Source: Rhynchopus sp. YZ270_cl-10 (Eukaryota). Taken from it: a stretch of DNA of 64,000 bases. The stretch covers positions 1,984,001-2,048,000 of the forward strand of contig OZ037833.1 in NCBI GenBank assembly GCA_964035575.1, read 5' to 3'. The translations under genes and the position numbers were made by a program. Under the pieces are notes generated by a model that saw only the letters and a list, made by a program, of their open reading frames with translations, made no database searches and was not told where the DNA came from. Shown here one piece after another: positions 1 to 11,792 of this stretch. Position 1 is the first letter of the stretch, and every line of letters begins with the position of its first letter.

Positions 1-3000
1 TCCTTGATATCAAGGCACGTATGCAGGCAGAATGCCACCACACCTAGCAAGATGAGCATCCCTATGGCATAGGACTGCTTCCACAGAACAGGGTTCCGGA
101 TAAGCCCTGTGAAGCTCAGGATGGACGCGACTATGAACAATGCACACACACAAATGCCCGCAACACAGGACAACTCCCCGTAGCTTGAAAAACTTTGAAG
201 CTCCCTCCCTTCTGTGATATCGTGGCCAAACTTCTTCATTGCCGCCTGAAACTTCCTCGTCAGTTCCCCATTCACAAGCTCTTGTATGAGCACCTCTTTA
301 TCGTGGTGGCTCATGGAAAGGTCGTCATGCGTGCTCGACAGCTTGGCCAGGGTGGGGTGCAGCAATGCATCAATGGTGTTTGGGTTCCTCCACTCCAATC
401 CGTTGAGGACATGCTGCAGAGTGATGGCGGTGCCGTGCACGGACGCTGCAATGCGCAGGGCCACTGCCTCGTACCTGCTTATCTCATCCGAAAGGTCGAT
501 CAGGTCCTGAAAGCTTGCCACCACAAAGCTTTCCGCCCCTAGCTCCAAGATGTCGTGCTTCAAGCCGGTCATGTCCATGTGGACAGTGTGGTTGCTGTAG
601 TGCACCAAATAGAGCGGGTTCGCTGTCTGCACGAAGGAAAGCACTTCCTTCCGTGTGTCGCGGTGTCGGTCGGCACACTCGCTCAATATTTTGAATGCCC
701 TGATTTCGCGGATCTGCGGCTTCCATGTCGTGTCCACAAACACGAAGAACATGCCCGACAGGCCCACCAACACAAACGCACAAAATACGAGGATACCAGA
801 GTTGACGGCAGAAGGCATGTCGATCTCAAGTTCAACCTCCTTCTCGATGCTGTACTGCTCGGCATCGCTGTTCATGAGCTCAACACCCTCCTGCTCTAAT
901 ACGTCTTCGGAGCTGTCCGAATCAGACTCGCTCTTCTTTGAGGAGACTTGGCTGTTTTGTTCGGTGTATTTGTCGCTCTTTTGGTCGAGAAGGTGCAGCT
1001 TGCCTTTTGTCATGCGGTTCAATTCGTTAAGCTCCGGCTTCGGGATGAGAGTAAAGAGATTCAGTGCCTCCAGCTTTGCCTGGTCAATCTCTTCGAAGCT
1101 TGTGACAAGCAGCACGTACACCAGCAGAATGATGAGAAGCCCCACGGAGTACACGAAGGTTGTCGTCAAGATGGTTGTTCTGAAGTACTCTTCAGACTCC
1201 TCAAGACGGAGGGAGAGTGAGTGGTCGTACATCTCCACCAGGGCGGACCCTGCGTTCTCCTCAACCCATTTGTAAGCGAGCAGCTGTATGCCGGACCCGT
1301 TCGTGCCTAGCGTGCGCATCACGGCGGCAAACTCGTAGCCCAGGTTAAAGAGCCCAAAGCGCTCCACAGAGGACGTCCCGACGTTGAGAGGATGTGGCAT
1401 GAGTGCGCTTGCGGTCTTGTCTTCCATGTATGCGACGTGCGGCTTGTAGGTGCTCACTCCATCACCTAAACAAAGGTAGTCGTGGTGCGCCTCAAAGTCA
1501 GACACAATACTGTCCACAGCGCGCAGGCGGTCCTCAATACGCGTGTGGTCAAACGTCGTCGGCTCCAAGAACGAATCACGGAAAACAAAGTGAGAACACT
1601 CCGGGACCTGCGCACACGCCTGCAAAGAGTGGTACGCTGCCTGCTGGCTCAACGAACGTGCCGCACCAACAGAACGCATTCCCTTGATGATCGCGTCGCA
1701 CTCCTTAACATGTCTCATCTGGAACAAGGACTGCCCTGCCAAGAACAACAAAAACACAAAGACTGTCCCAACCACCGTGGTACGCAGTTTGCGCAGCTGT
1801 GTTTCGTGCAGAGAGTTCGAGAATGACGCTGTCTCCGACGTGGGCTGGAACTTTGTCGTCTTCTTGAAGTCTGCGTCCTGCCCGACATGGTCACGCAGGC
1901 TGGACGCGTTCTCTTCGTCGTTCATGACCTGCTCCAAGAAGAGGGCGTACGAAAGCAGCACGCTGTCGTCGGCAGTTGCGTCCAGCACCCTCCTGAACTG
2001 CTGATCCGCAAAATGTCTCTTCACTGTGATGGAGTTGGTCAGGACAGCAAGGTGGACGGTGTCGACTTGCGACGAGAGGAGCTTCCCCCAGAAGTTCGAC
2101 ATCTGGTTGAGCACCTCCCTGTGCAGCTTCTGTGCACCACGCCACACTTTGATGTGAGAGTTATCCTGCATCCCAATTTGCTCTTTGATCGTTTGCTTCA
2201 GTTTGTAGCACTGGAAACGCACTGAGATGGAGGTCTCCATCCTAGCGATGCCCTGCTCAAGGTGCATGTGGAGTGCGAAGTTGCGCGACTTCGTCTCCCT
2301 CGTGTGCCAACAGGTAAACGCAGCAAGCTGCATCCTCAGCAAACCCCCGTTAGGCTTCTTCACAAGGTATGTGTAAAATAGGTGGCATCCGTGTTCGATC
2401 ATCTTCGCGTTGGCTGGGCGTCCCGTCCAGTCTTGGTAGTACGTGCAGTACCGGCTGCAGAGTTCGAGGTCCGTCTCGAGCCAGATTCTTTCGATGTAGG
2501 GGATCAAGAACATTGACTCTTGCCGGATGTTTGCTTCGTTGCTTGATATGTCTGACGAGTGTCCGACTTCTTCAAAGATGTCTAGGGCCTGTGACCGCAA
2601 AGCCAGCTCCTGTGCAGGAAGGTACTTGACTGCAAGCGCAGCGGGAGGCAGGCCCTTGGGGTACACCTTAGGGGTGCGGGTGACGGAGCCGTTTTGGAAG
2701 TAGATCTGCCACAGCTCGTACAGCGACGATATGCGCCACTGCGCAAGCATCGACCCGCAGAGGTACGCAGGCACGCTCCCGCAGCTTGCGAGGAGGAAGT
2801 CGATCTCAGTGACCGTCATCGCCCCCTCCATGTTCCCGATGAAGCTTGTCAGTGCCACCCACGACGTACACAGGTAGATGCCCGAATGCATTTTGTTGTA
2901 AGAGTGTTGGAAGTACGGCAGATACATCGTGTGCATCAAACACATGCCAAGGCATACAATGCTTAGCGCAAGGTGAAACCACCTTCGGTTGTCATCTGAG

Positions 3001-3770
3001 TGCAATACATGGAAAAACACTAGAACAAACGACTGTGCGATCAGCTCATATTTATCGACAATCGAATGCGCGCGCGCGCAGGGGTGCTTTGAGAAGCAGT
3101 CTGCGTCGTAGATTGAGGTTCTAATGACATACGCAACGCACAACAGTATAGCAAACACGCCACATGCGAGCAGACGATGTATCAGCTGGAGGGGGTCGGC
3201 GCTGTCACATGCCTTGTTGAAGGCCCAGTACTTCCCTTCGCCACAAACAATAATTGCGAAGAGCGACGACGAGACAGGGATGAACCCACAGCCCACCAGT
3301 AGGAATAAGGCACCCCTCACAACCGAAAACTTGACCCCTGTATGCCCGGTTTGGAGCGCTGCAGTCCCGAGGAGCCGCATGGCAACCCATGCACAGAGCG
3401 TCACGATGGCAGCGCTGTAGATGCCGGCAATGGTGAGCGCACCGACGTAGCCAAGATTTGTACTGGCATCATCCCAGAGGGGGAGGTGGAATGCATAGAG
3501 GATATGCGAAATGGACATCATGATGCTGCCCCGTGGGCCGTGCGGGCTCACTGCAAAACCAAAAAGCTGCATTTTCTGGATGAATATTCCCAAATGCGAC
3601 AAAGATGCTGGGTACTGCTTATTCAAATCTAACAACAAAGGCACCAATGGTATCCGTGTCACAAAAGTCCCTGTGTTCAACACATGCGACCCCTCAGTAG
3701 CCTTTGACGACGCTGTCGAGGAAGCAACAGAGCCGGTCTGTGAGGTGACCTCCGAGTCATTCTTCCCCAT
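1..3770 (-). CDS. TmcB/TmcC (tiny macrocysts)-like large polytopic membrane protein, >1250 aa, 3' end outside the window
   Basis: ATG at 3770 (MGKNDSEVTSQTGSVASS...). The frame reads as protein at every point checked down to base 3. The ORF track omits it, as expected for an ORF with no stop in the window. It has an N-terminal multi-TM block with CARAHSIVD and YLPYF motifs, a helical region, then further TM segments, matching TmcB-type architecture. A polypyrimidine tract and AG lie at about 3805-3850. Confidence 0.75.
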   Translation of the reverse strand, partial: MGKNDSEVTSQTGSVASSTASSKATEGSHVLNTGTFVTRIPLVPLLLDLNKQYPASLSHLGIFIQKMQLFGFAVSPHGPRGSIMMSISHILYAFHLPLWDDASTNLGYVGALTIAGIYSAAIVTLCAWVAMRLLGTAALQTGHTGVKFSVVRGALFLLVGCGFIPVSSSLFAIIVCGEGKYWAFNKACDSADPLQLIHRLLACGVFAILLCVAYVIRTSIYDADCFSKHPCARAHSIVDKYELIAQSFVLVFFHVLHSDDNRRWFHLALSIVCLGMCLMHTMYLPYFQHSYNKMHSGIYLCTSWVALTSFIGNMEGAMTVTEIDFLLASCGSVPAYLCGSMLAQWRISSLYELWQIYFQNGSVTRTPKVYPKGLPPAALAVKYLPAQELALRSQALDIFEEVGHSSDISSNEANIRQESMFLIPYIERIWLETDLELCSRYCTYYQDWTGRPANAKMIEHGCHLFYTYLVKKPNGGLLRMQLAAFTCWHTRETKSRNFALHMHLEQGIARMETSISVRFQCYKLKQTIKEQIGMQDNSHIKVWRGAQKLHREVLNQMSNFWGKLLSSQVDTVHLAVLTNSITVKRHFADQQFRRVLDATADDSVLLSYALFLEQVMNDEENASSLRDHVGQDADFKKTTKFQPTSETASFSNSLHETQLRKLRTTVVGTVFVFLLFLAGQSLFQMRHVKECDAIIKGMRSVGAARSLSQQAAYHSLQACAQVPECSHFVFRDSFLEPTTFDHTRIEDRLRAVDSIVSDFEAHHDYLCLGDGVSTYKPHVAYMEDKTASALMPHPLNVGTSSVERFGLFNLGYEFAAVMRTLGTNGSGIQLLAYKWVEENAGSALVEMYDHSLSLRLEESEEYFRTTILTTTFVYSVGLLIILLVYVLLVTSFEEIDQAKLEALNLFTLIPKPELNELNRMTKGKLHLLDQKSDKYTEQNSQVSSKKSESDSDSSEDVLEQEGVELMNSDAEQYSIEKEVELEIDMPSAVNSGILVFCAFVLVGLSGMFFVFVDTTWKPQIREIRAFKILSECADRHRDTRKEVLSFVQTANPLYLVHYSNHTVHMDMTGLKHDILELGAESFVVASFQDLIDLSDEISRYEAVALRIAASVHGTAITLQHVLNGLEWRNPNTIDALLHPTLAKLSSTHDDLSMSHHDKEVLIQELVNGELTRKFQAAMKKFGHDITEGRELQSFSSYGELSCVAGICVCALFIVASILSFTGLIRNPVLWKQSYAIGMLILLGVVAFCLHTCLDIK

Positions 3771-4561
3771 CTCCCCAAATCTTAAAAAAAAGGTGTCACC
3801 AACCTGAGGATGGGTGTAGAAAGGGGGGGGAGAGGGGAGAGGGAAGGAGAGAGGTTATTGAGAAAAACATAAATGTCTTTTTTTTTTTTTTTTTGGCTTG
3901 GTGCTTTGAGGTAGGGAAGTGAGGGGGGTGGGGATGGGGGAAGAAAATGTTTTGTTATGCTTTTTTGTTTGGAATAAAAAAAAAAGACCCCCCAAAAAAA
4001 AATTGTAAGATGAATGTGCCACACACATCTAAAAAAATATGAGGGGGAAAAAAACTGTCTAGTTGGTAGGAATGCAAAAAAGACACCCCAAAAAAAAAAC
4101 ACGACACCCCCTCTCTGCCTTTTCTTATGAAAGTATTGTTCTTTGAAGACAAAAAAAAAAGGGGGGGTGTCAATGAATTTGCTAAAGGGTGAGGAAAGGG
4201 GAGATACTGTTAACACATTATGCGCCCCCAAAAAAAAAAACGCTTTGTTTTTTTTTCTTCGTTTTTTTTCTTCTTCCGCAGGTACAAGAAGTGGTGATTT
4301 GTCGAAGGGGCGGGGGTAGATACAATTCAATAATTCATATATTTCTTTCGTGTGTTGTGTGTGTGGGGAGGTATGGGAAATAAACTGTTCAACCTCAAGG
4401 TGGGGGGAAAAAGGGGGTACGTTCATCGATCCCTTGCTGCAAAAGAGTGTGTCTGGTATACCTAAATGTGTTCTGCGGCATTGGGTTGCAAAGAAAAGTA
4501 GAGTTGAAATACCCCTCTCGTGAACAGTGTACCTTGGTATGACCTGGCTGTACCGGGGGGG

Positions 4562-5607
4562 TTAGGGGGCACAGCCCTTAAGGAAATCCTTAAGGACCCT
4601 CTGTAACGCTCGTGTTTTTTCAAGAATTTTTTGAAAAAAAGTCATAAAACCCGCCAAGGTGGGTCTACCTGGTCCCAAAGTGGCCTAAAATTCGTCGATT
4701 CTGCCCAATGAAACCCCAAACAACCAAAACTGGGCGTTTATTTTCGAAAAAAAATCACTTTTTTTCGAAAAAACGGCTCCGAAAATAGTAAGATTTTAGT
4801 AAGATTTCCTTTAGGAATGTAACGCTTTCAAAAAAATGGATCCGGGAGCACAGTTTTTCTTCTAAGGTGCCGAAAACCACCCCACGTCCCCTCCGGTGAG
4901 GTCCGGCAGTGGAAATATGTGGGTTTCGAAGCTTTTGGGCGTCCAGATTGGGGCCCGAGCGTGTATTTCAGTGGATGAGACAGAAAAGGGGGCAGTTTTT
5001 ACCTCGTTTTTTAGCCCTTTTCGTCACCCCAAAACCCAAAAATCGCCCACAACACGTCCATAGAAGGCACCAATACCCCCGGGGTTGATCTTAGATACCT
5101 TATGGGGGTTGAAAAATCGTATTTACAACCATTTTCTGGTCGATTTTGGTGCCCGGAGGTCCAAATAGAAGGTGTGTAACGCTTTGGTAACGCTTTCTCC
5201 TCCCCGGCTAAAATGTGGTTTTTGTGTATAAAAAAAATTCAATATTTTCAGCGAAGACATTGAAAAAACTGGACTTTTGGCCCCAAAACCCCCCGGAAAT
5301 CACTCTGTGCACACATCTGACTGGAAAAAACCACTTTTCCTCTTGTTTTGGACTATTTTAAATTTTTGAATTTTTTTATAAATCGCCCTGTATCAAATCC
5401 CCTCAGAAAAGGGGGGAAATTGGGTGAAAACGTGACAAAAAGTGTCAAAAAATCGGGGGGGAAAGTGCCTAAAAGCGCCAAAAAGGCATCAATAAGTAAG
5501 AAATAGTGTATTCTGGGGTGATTTTGTGTTTTCGGACATTTTTTTTACACTTTTTCATGATTTTTTGTTGAGCGTTACAGAAAAAAGGGCCTCGCCGCGC
5601 TCCCTAA
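4562..5607. mobile_element. Non-autonomous DNA transposon (~1.05 kb) with TTAGGG...CCCTAA termini
   Basis: TIR TTAGGGGGCAC / GCGCTCCCTAA. TSD CCGGGGGGG at 4553-4561 and 5608-5616 (11 bp if the ends are read as TAGGG/CCCTA). Subterminal inverted CTGTAACGCTC (4601) / GAGCGTTACAG (5570). It interrupts a dispersed repeat whose uninterrupted form is at 23849-23970. Confidence 0.85.
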
Positions 5608-8600
5608 CCGGGGGGGTGGACACCCCAACCATGCAGTCCTACAATCCATTTCGTGGTTTACATCTAATAGAAAGAAAGCTTTTTAAGATGAAACGTGTCT
5701 CTCGTGCACACACATCGTTACCACTATTAATAAAGTGAAGTTGATTACTGTATTTCCGCAATAAGCATTCAATAAATTGATAGCATAGGAAGAAAAAAAA
5801 AAACGCTTCTAGGACGCAGGCACTTACTGTCGTGCAGCTTTCCAAGGTGGCTAACCATGTCCCCGCTCGAAGCGTTTCAAGGGTCAGCGCGCCTTTCAAA
5901 ACAGTCATCACACGATAAAACCCATGGGAGGAGGTTGTGGTGAAACGCACAACACCTCAACCTGTTTGGTGAGGAGTGGCTCTACAGCGCGGTTCGTCCC
6001 CAGAACCACAAAAGTGTGTTCAAAAAATTGCTTTGTTTCTATTTCCTCATGAGGTGACATAAAAACAACTCGCTGCACTGCAGGTACATAAAGGGTGAGG
6101 AAAAAGAGGGGGGAAAAATGACATTCACAAAATCCCTCAAACGGGCCATTTTTTTAATTTGCGGCAGTACTGCAACCTTTTTTTCGGGGCTAGAATATTT
6201 ACATGATGGCACTCATCAATGAAGAGTATGGCGAGAGATGGAGGGGAGCGGGGGAGAGAGGAGAGGCGTGATTAGAGCTTTCTGGTCGGTTCTGTGTTTT
6301 TTTTTTTTTTTGATAAATTGTTGGAGTAGTGTAGTTGCCTCGGTTGTGTTGCCACAGTTGTGCAATCTCCACTGTCAACTCTTTTGCTGCGATGCCACTT
6401 GATTTCGTACAAAAAACCTCTTGCCAAAGAGGCAGGAATGAAGGTTCTTACACTGGTCAAGGGGCGGTTGAAAATCTACTTTTTTTTTAAAAATTGTATC
6501 GACCACATTCACCTCTGTCAAAAAGACAGGTTTATGTACAAAGAAAGACACCCTCTGCAATCAATAAATTGATAGCACAGGAGGAGGGATCAATAAAAAA
6601 AATGTTCCCATCTTTCTTTACAAAAAGAATGATAGCTATTTGATGGCAGCTCCGACTGACATACGATGTCAGCCGAGGATGAAAGTAAAAGAAGAAAAAA
6701 AAAAATGAGAACCTGGAGGCAAGGAATAACGATGTACTTCATAAAAGTGTGGGCGAGATTGAGACAAAAAAAATAGAAAACCCTGTGTGACCCCTACTTC
6801 TTCCCACTCCCCTCACCCTTTAAAAAAAAATGTATTGAAGAAATAGTACTTTTCCTTCAATGGTTTCTACAACTTTTTGCACATAAATTTGTGCAGTGAA
6901 ATAAGTAGCGATGAAGTGGGAAAATTGAAGAATGGACAAAAAAAATCCCCCCCCTCACGGTGGCGAGAGAATAGTTAAAGTAATCACTGTAATCACAGCC
7001 AATTTAGGCCTCGTCCTACTGGGTACAGAAAGCCAGAACAATGTCCAGGGACCGACAGATCTCCGCTAACACGTAGTAAAGGAAAGATTTAAAAAAAAAA
7101 AAAGATGGCTTTTTTTTCTCGAAGTGGGGTGGGGGTGGATACTTGTTAGCGAGTGATCTGATCATTGGCTTTCTGGTTGCTCAACTTGTCACATTACTTG
7201 TGAGGTGGAAAAAAAAAAGGAAAAAGATCAAAACATATTCGTCAGAACAACTAAATCTTAGAGAGACAACGAGGCAAACTGTCTTATTTTTATTGTCGTC
7301 ATCCCTTCAAGGTAAAACCAGCCTTTTTGTTTTTCAAATAAAAAGAAGTCGTTTTATGCCTACACAAACCTTCTGCCAAGGTAATGTACAAACAATGTCA
7401 AAACAAACAAAAAAAAAATCTTTTTTGTGCGCTGCCAACCCCGCAAACTGCTGTGCTACCTCTGAGATTCACTTTTGAACAAAAAACAATAAACTTTTTT
7501 TTTCATCTAATTTCAATTCAGGAGAAACAGAAAAGCGTGAAAGGGAACCACATTACCCCCATGAAAAGAAAAGAAAGCTCGAAAGATGAATATACGCATA
7601 TTTCAAGATTTCTTCTCTTTTTTCTCTTCTCTTCAAAGAAAGGCCGTACATAATACATAATAGATGCTACTAGGACAAAAGATGGATTCTCCATCGTTTT
7701 TTAAATTGAACCATAACAATAATAATCATGGCAGATGAAACGTAAGCTTTTGCGTAGCTACCTTAAAGGAGGAAAAAGATAGCATCAGGAACACAATCAA
7801 GGCGAATACACAGAAAATGGGCAAAATACATTGTTTTTAAAAAACTGTGATTCACTTTCGGGGTAAGTTGAAGGGGGGGGGGGGAAAGGGGTGGGATAAT
7901 TTGAACGACACCCTTTTGTGGCATTGAAACAGTCAAAAAAAAAAAAGCGGTTTTCTCAGTTTTGTTGCATAAAGTGTGTAATATCCTGCGTTGATATTTT
8001 ACGCTCCCACTACCCAAGAGGAAACCTCTTTTAGGCCAAAAAGAAAAAAAAAGAGAAGGGGATAAAGAGGGGGGGGCCTTCGACAAAACAATCCTTGCAA
8101 ACATATCAGCGTACTATGAGAGAGAGAAGAGGGAGGGGACTAGGGAGCGAAGGGGGAGGACTGGCTAACTTTACACAGGTGTACGTACTGCATATTATTT
8201 TTTTTTTTTTTTTTTTTTTTTTGTCGGGAATATAAAAAGAACAACACAACACAAGAACCTCAGGGGGGGAGAGAGGAGAGAGGCATTATCAGAACATATT
8301 TTTTTTGATAAAGATTACAAAAGTATATTTGGTGGTAAGATGAACACTAAGCCGTGCTTAGTCACCTAGACTAAAAATCCCCAAAAACAAACGAATTTTG
8401 AAAGATGAATGGGCCTCACGGATAAAAAAGTGAAGTTGATAGTGCAAACGCCTCTGGGACGCAGGCACTGACACTCCGCGGGTTATCGAACCCCATAAAA
8501 AAAAAAAAAACAGACACCACAAATTCTCTCTTGGTGTGCGTGCCTTTTTTGGCGGAGACGTCAATTTTCAGAGACAAAAAAAGTAACTCCAGAAAAGAGA

Positions 8601-9289
8601 AGTTGAAAGGTGTACTGCCTGACCGGACACCGGTGAACGCAGACACCAGAAGGAAAAAAAAAAAATAAAGTAGAAGACCTCATGAGATGTAATGAACCTG
8701 GACTCTCGTGCTTAGTCACCTTAAATACAAATATACTCCCTTAATCCTCTGGGGCCTCTCCGTTCATTCAACCATTTTAGGGGCAGGGACAGAGCCAGCA
8801 ATTAATGAAAAAGTCATCGCATTTTTTGGCTCTGTTAAAAATAGGTTGCTTTTTCACGGTCAAGCCAAAGAGAAAAGGATCGCACAATACAAAACCAACA
8901 AAAACCAAAGAAAAAGGCAGCGGATTTAAGACAAAAAAAAGGACGCAATCAAGACAACAATCAAAATTTTTTTTTTGGAAAGTGAATTGTTCATCAAACG
9001 CACCTTAACTCTTTTTTCCGCGCATTTTTTTTCCCCAAAATAAAATGGTATCATCAATTGTATGAACGATTTTTTACAAATAAAATACAAAAAAAAAAAA
9101 AAAAACTTGAACCCCTCCCCCCCAAATCACTTTAAAACCGCAAACTTTTTCGCAGATATTAGAGCGTTGTTTTTTTTGTTTCTTTTGAACATGGGCAAAA
9201 AAGTACAACATAAATTCCATTTTTTTCATTCGTTCCTTACAACCCCACAAAACCCCCCCATCGTTTTTTTTAAATACAATTCACCCCTT

Positions 9290-10507
9290 TCAACGGAACC
9301 CAGGAGAGGTGGACCTTGCCCGACTCATCGACGTTGCTGCGGGTCTAACGTGCACTGCCATGACTCCGTTCGTTTCGGTGCTGTCCATCCAGTCAACATC
9401 ATACATGTTGGTTTGCGGGTGGTACGCCTTGATCACGCAGGGGGTCCATCTGTGGGGCGTTTATTGTTTTCCTAACATTCTCATTTTTCTACAACCCACA
9501 ATATTGTTTACATACTCTGTTCCTTCCCAGAGGACTTCTGCTTGCGAGTTGACGCCGAGGTGTGGTGCGACGGGGTCGTTGCGGGAGAAGCTTGAGTACG
9601 CACCGCTCTGCGACCCGTTGCCGTAGTAGTCGTCCTCTGCGAGGGGGCGGAGGAAGTCGCGGCTCACGCCTTCACTGACCTCACCGGTGTCGAAGCGCAC
9701 TGTGTAGGAGCCGTCGCGGTTGCGGTTGCTGATGACGGCCTGGTACCAGCCGTCCTCGTCGGGGCCGTAGAATACCTCAACTCTATCACCCTTGCGCAGT
9801 TCATGCCTTGGGGACATGGCAGTGCTGTTCGAGGGGCTCGGCATACCCTGCATCCTGATGGAATGCGCTGCCACACCCTCCGCCGCCTCGCCAGTGTCAA
9901 ACAGAACAGAGTACGTTCCGTCGTTCAGCAGCGCGGTCACCTCGGACGGATACCACACCCCACCACTCACACCGTCCTCCGCACCGTAGTACACATCAAC
10001 GCGGTCCCCAGGGCGGAACTTTGAGTTTGAGTATGAAGGTGTCGGGGAGACGCTTGGAAGGTCTCTCGCTCCGTTGTCTGGGGTGTTTTCGCGGTTGGAT
10101 GCATAAGGCTTGACTGCAGTGTTCGCCTTCATGCCCTTCGGAATGTCACCTGGCTTGGGAAGAACAACGTTGATGTTGGCGGTGGAGCACTCCTTCAAGA
10201 GGTCACCGATCTCCATGACGGTGTACACCGGGCGTCCGTTGATGCCCACAATGAGGTACCCGTTGTGGCTCTGGATGTCCTGTTCATGCGCCGGCAGGCC
10301 ACGCTGGGTATCACGGATTTCAATAACACCACGCTTCCACTGACGCAGGATAATTCCTGCAGGGCCTCCCATGGTCTTAACCAATCTGATGGTGGTGCTC
10401 TCCTGCAGACGGTCCTTCGGGTCCTGTTAAAAAAAGAATGTGGCAAATTGCAAAGTTAAATGGCATACCATGGGTTCGAAGGAACCAGGCGGCTTTCCCT
10501 GAGGCAT
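9290..10507 (-). CDS. PDZ-like domain plus three Tudor/Agenet-like domains; 3 exons (10507-10469, 10423-9516, 9449-9290)
   Basis: Introns 10424-10468 (GTATGC..AACAG, 45 nt) and 9450-9515 (GTATGT..CACAG, 66 nt) preserve frame. The second splice completes a third repeat, EVLWEGTEWTPCVIKAYHPQTNMYDVDW, which matches the GDRVDV..WYP..GTYSVLFDTGE repeats. The N-terminus has a PDZ-like GIIL..LIVGINGRPV. Confidence 0.85.
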
Positions 10508-11792
10508 TGTGTTGTTGTTGTTGTTTTTTTGCTGGTGCTTCTTCTCAAGGTTTTGCGTTAAGGTGTGTGGAGTTAGGTGTGTTGTGTTGCTGTGGTGAGG
10601 AGAGGTTGGTGCAAAATGCCGGAAGGGGTTGATGGAGAAATGTAAAAATGAGAGGGGAATCTATAAATTGGAACTAACCGAACAACAGAAACCAGATGGC
10701 AACCAGAAAAACCATATTGAAAGAAAACACACACAAAAAAAAAAAGAGAAAAAAATCAGATAAAGCCTCGCGATGCTTTTAGTCACCTTTAAAAATTTGC
10801 ATAAGGAGAGGCAAGACACATCTACCTTTTTTTAAAGAAAACCTGTAAGCTGCATTTGCCTCTCGTGCACACACATCATTAAAAGAAAAGTTAAGATGAA
10901 CCTGCACTTCGTCACCTCTAAGGGCTGCCCTGATTGATCTTCCCAGTAACCAGCAAATGCTGCCTGATTTTAAAAAAAATGTCGACACAACAAAAACAAA
11001 AATAAATAACAACCACATCAAGGCTAGAAATATTTTGTAGACCGCGCATATCTCCGCATAAATCGGTTTAACGCACATCTACAAAAGGGGGGAAATCTTA
11101 CCCACAGTAAAGCCAGACGCATAATCGGTGAAGCGTGTGAGGGTAAGCAAGACGGCGCATACTGTGCCACTCTTCTGAAAATCCACTACAAAATATTGTG
11201 CAGAGAAGGAGAGAGAAGGAGAAAAGGAGATAAGGGTTCGGGGTGAAAAACATGACTTAAGTAGTGACACTATCTTGACACGATAAAGTGTCTGTTGCTG
11301 ACACACTACCTCCTTTTTGTTAACGTTTTTTAAACTTCCATTCAGTCGTGAAGTTATGTATCTCGTCAATACGACAAAAAAACCCCCCAAATTAGGTTTG
11401 TGCTATTTGTGGAATCTGATATACAGGGTCTCCAACAAACACGCCTCAGAAAAGCTGATATAAAAAAAAAATTCAAAAATTGACATAAACCGGCACTCTA
11501 AAACTAAATGGACTCACGTCTTCTAAGAAAAAGGGGATTTTTATGACACAAAAAAGTAGTTGAAAACGTACTACAACGCAGCTCGGTCGTGCTCATGCAA
11601 AGGGTGGGACATTCGAGTGTTCCGCACCGTAGGAGAACGGAGGCGGTTCACAACCGCTCGAAAAATCACGCTACCCCCCCAAGCCAAAAAAGGTTTAGAT
11701 GTGTACCTCTTGCGGACATCTATCTACCTTCTAATGAGACGTAGGTGGTCCCCTATACCCTCTAACCCTAGGGGGATTTTTTTGGGGGAAAC

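Noticed and set aside
3782..4426. 214-aa ORF and the many K/F-rich short intergenic ORFs
   Set aside because: They arise from poly-A/T low-complexity sequence.
4562..4567. TTAGGG as an interstitial telomere (also at 42685)
   Set aside because: These are single hexamers within transposon TIRs, with no tandem array.
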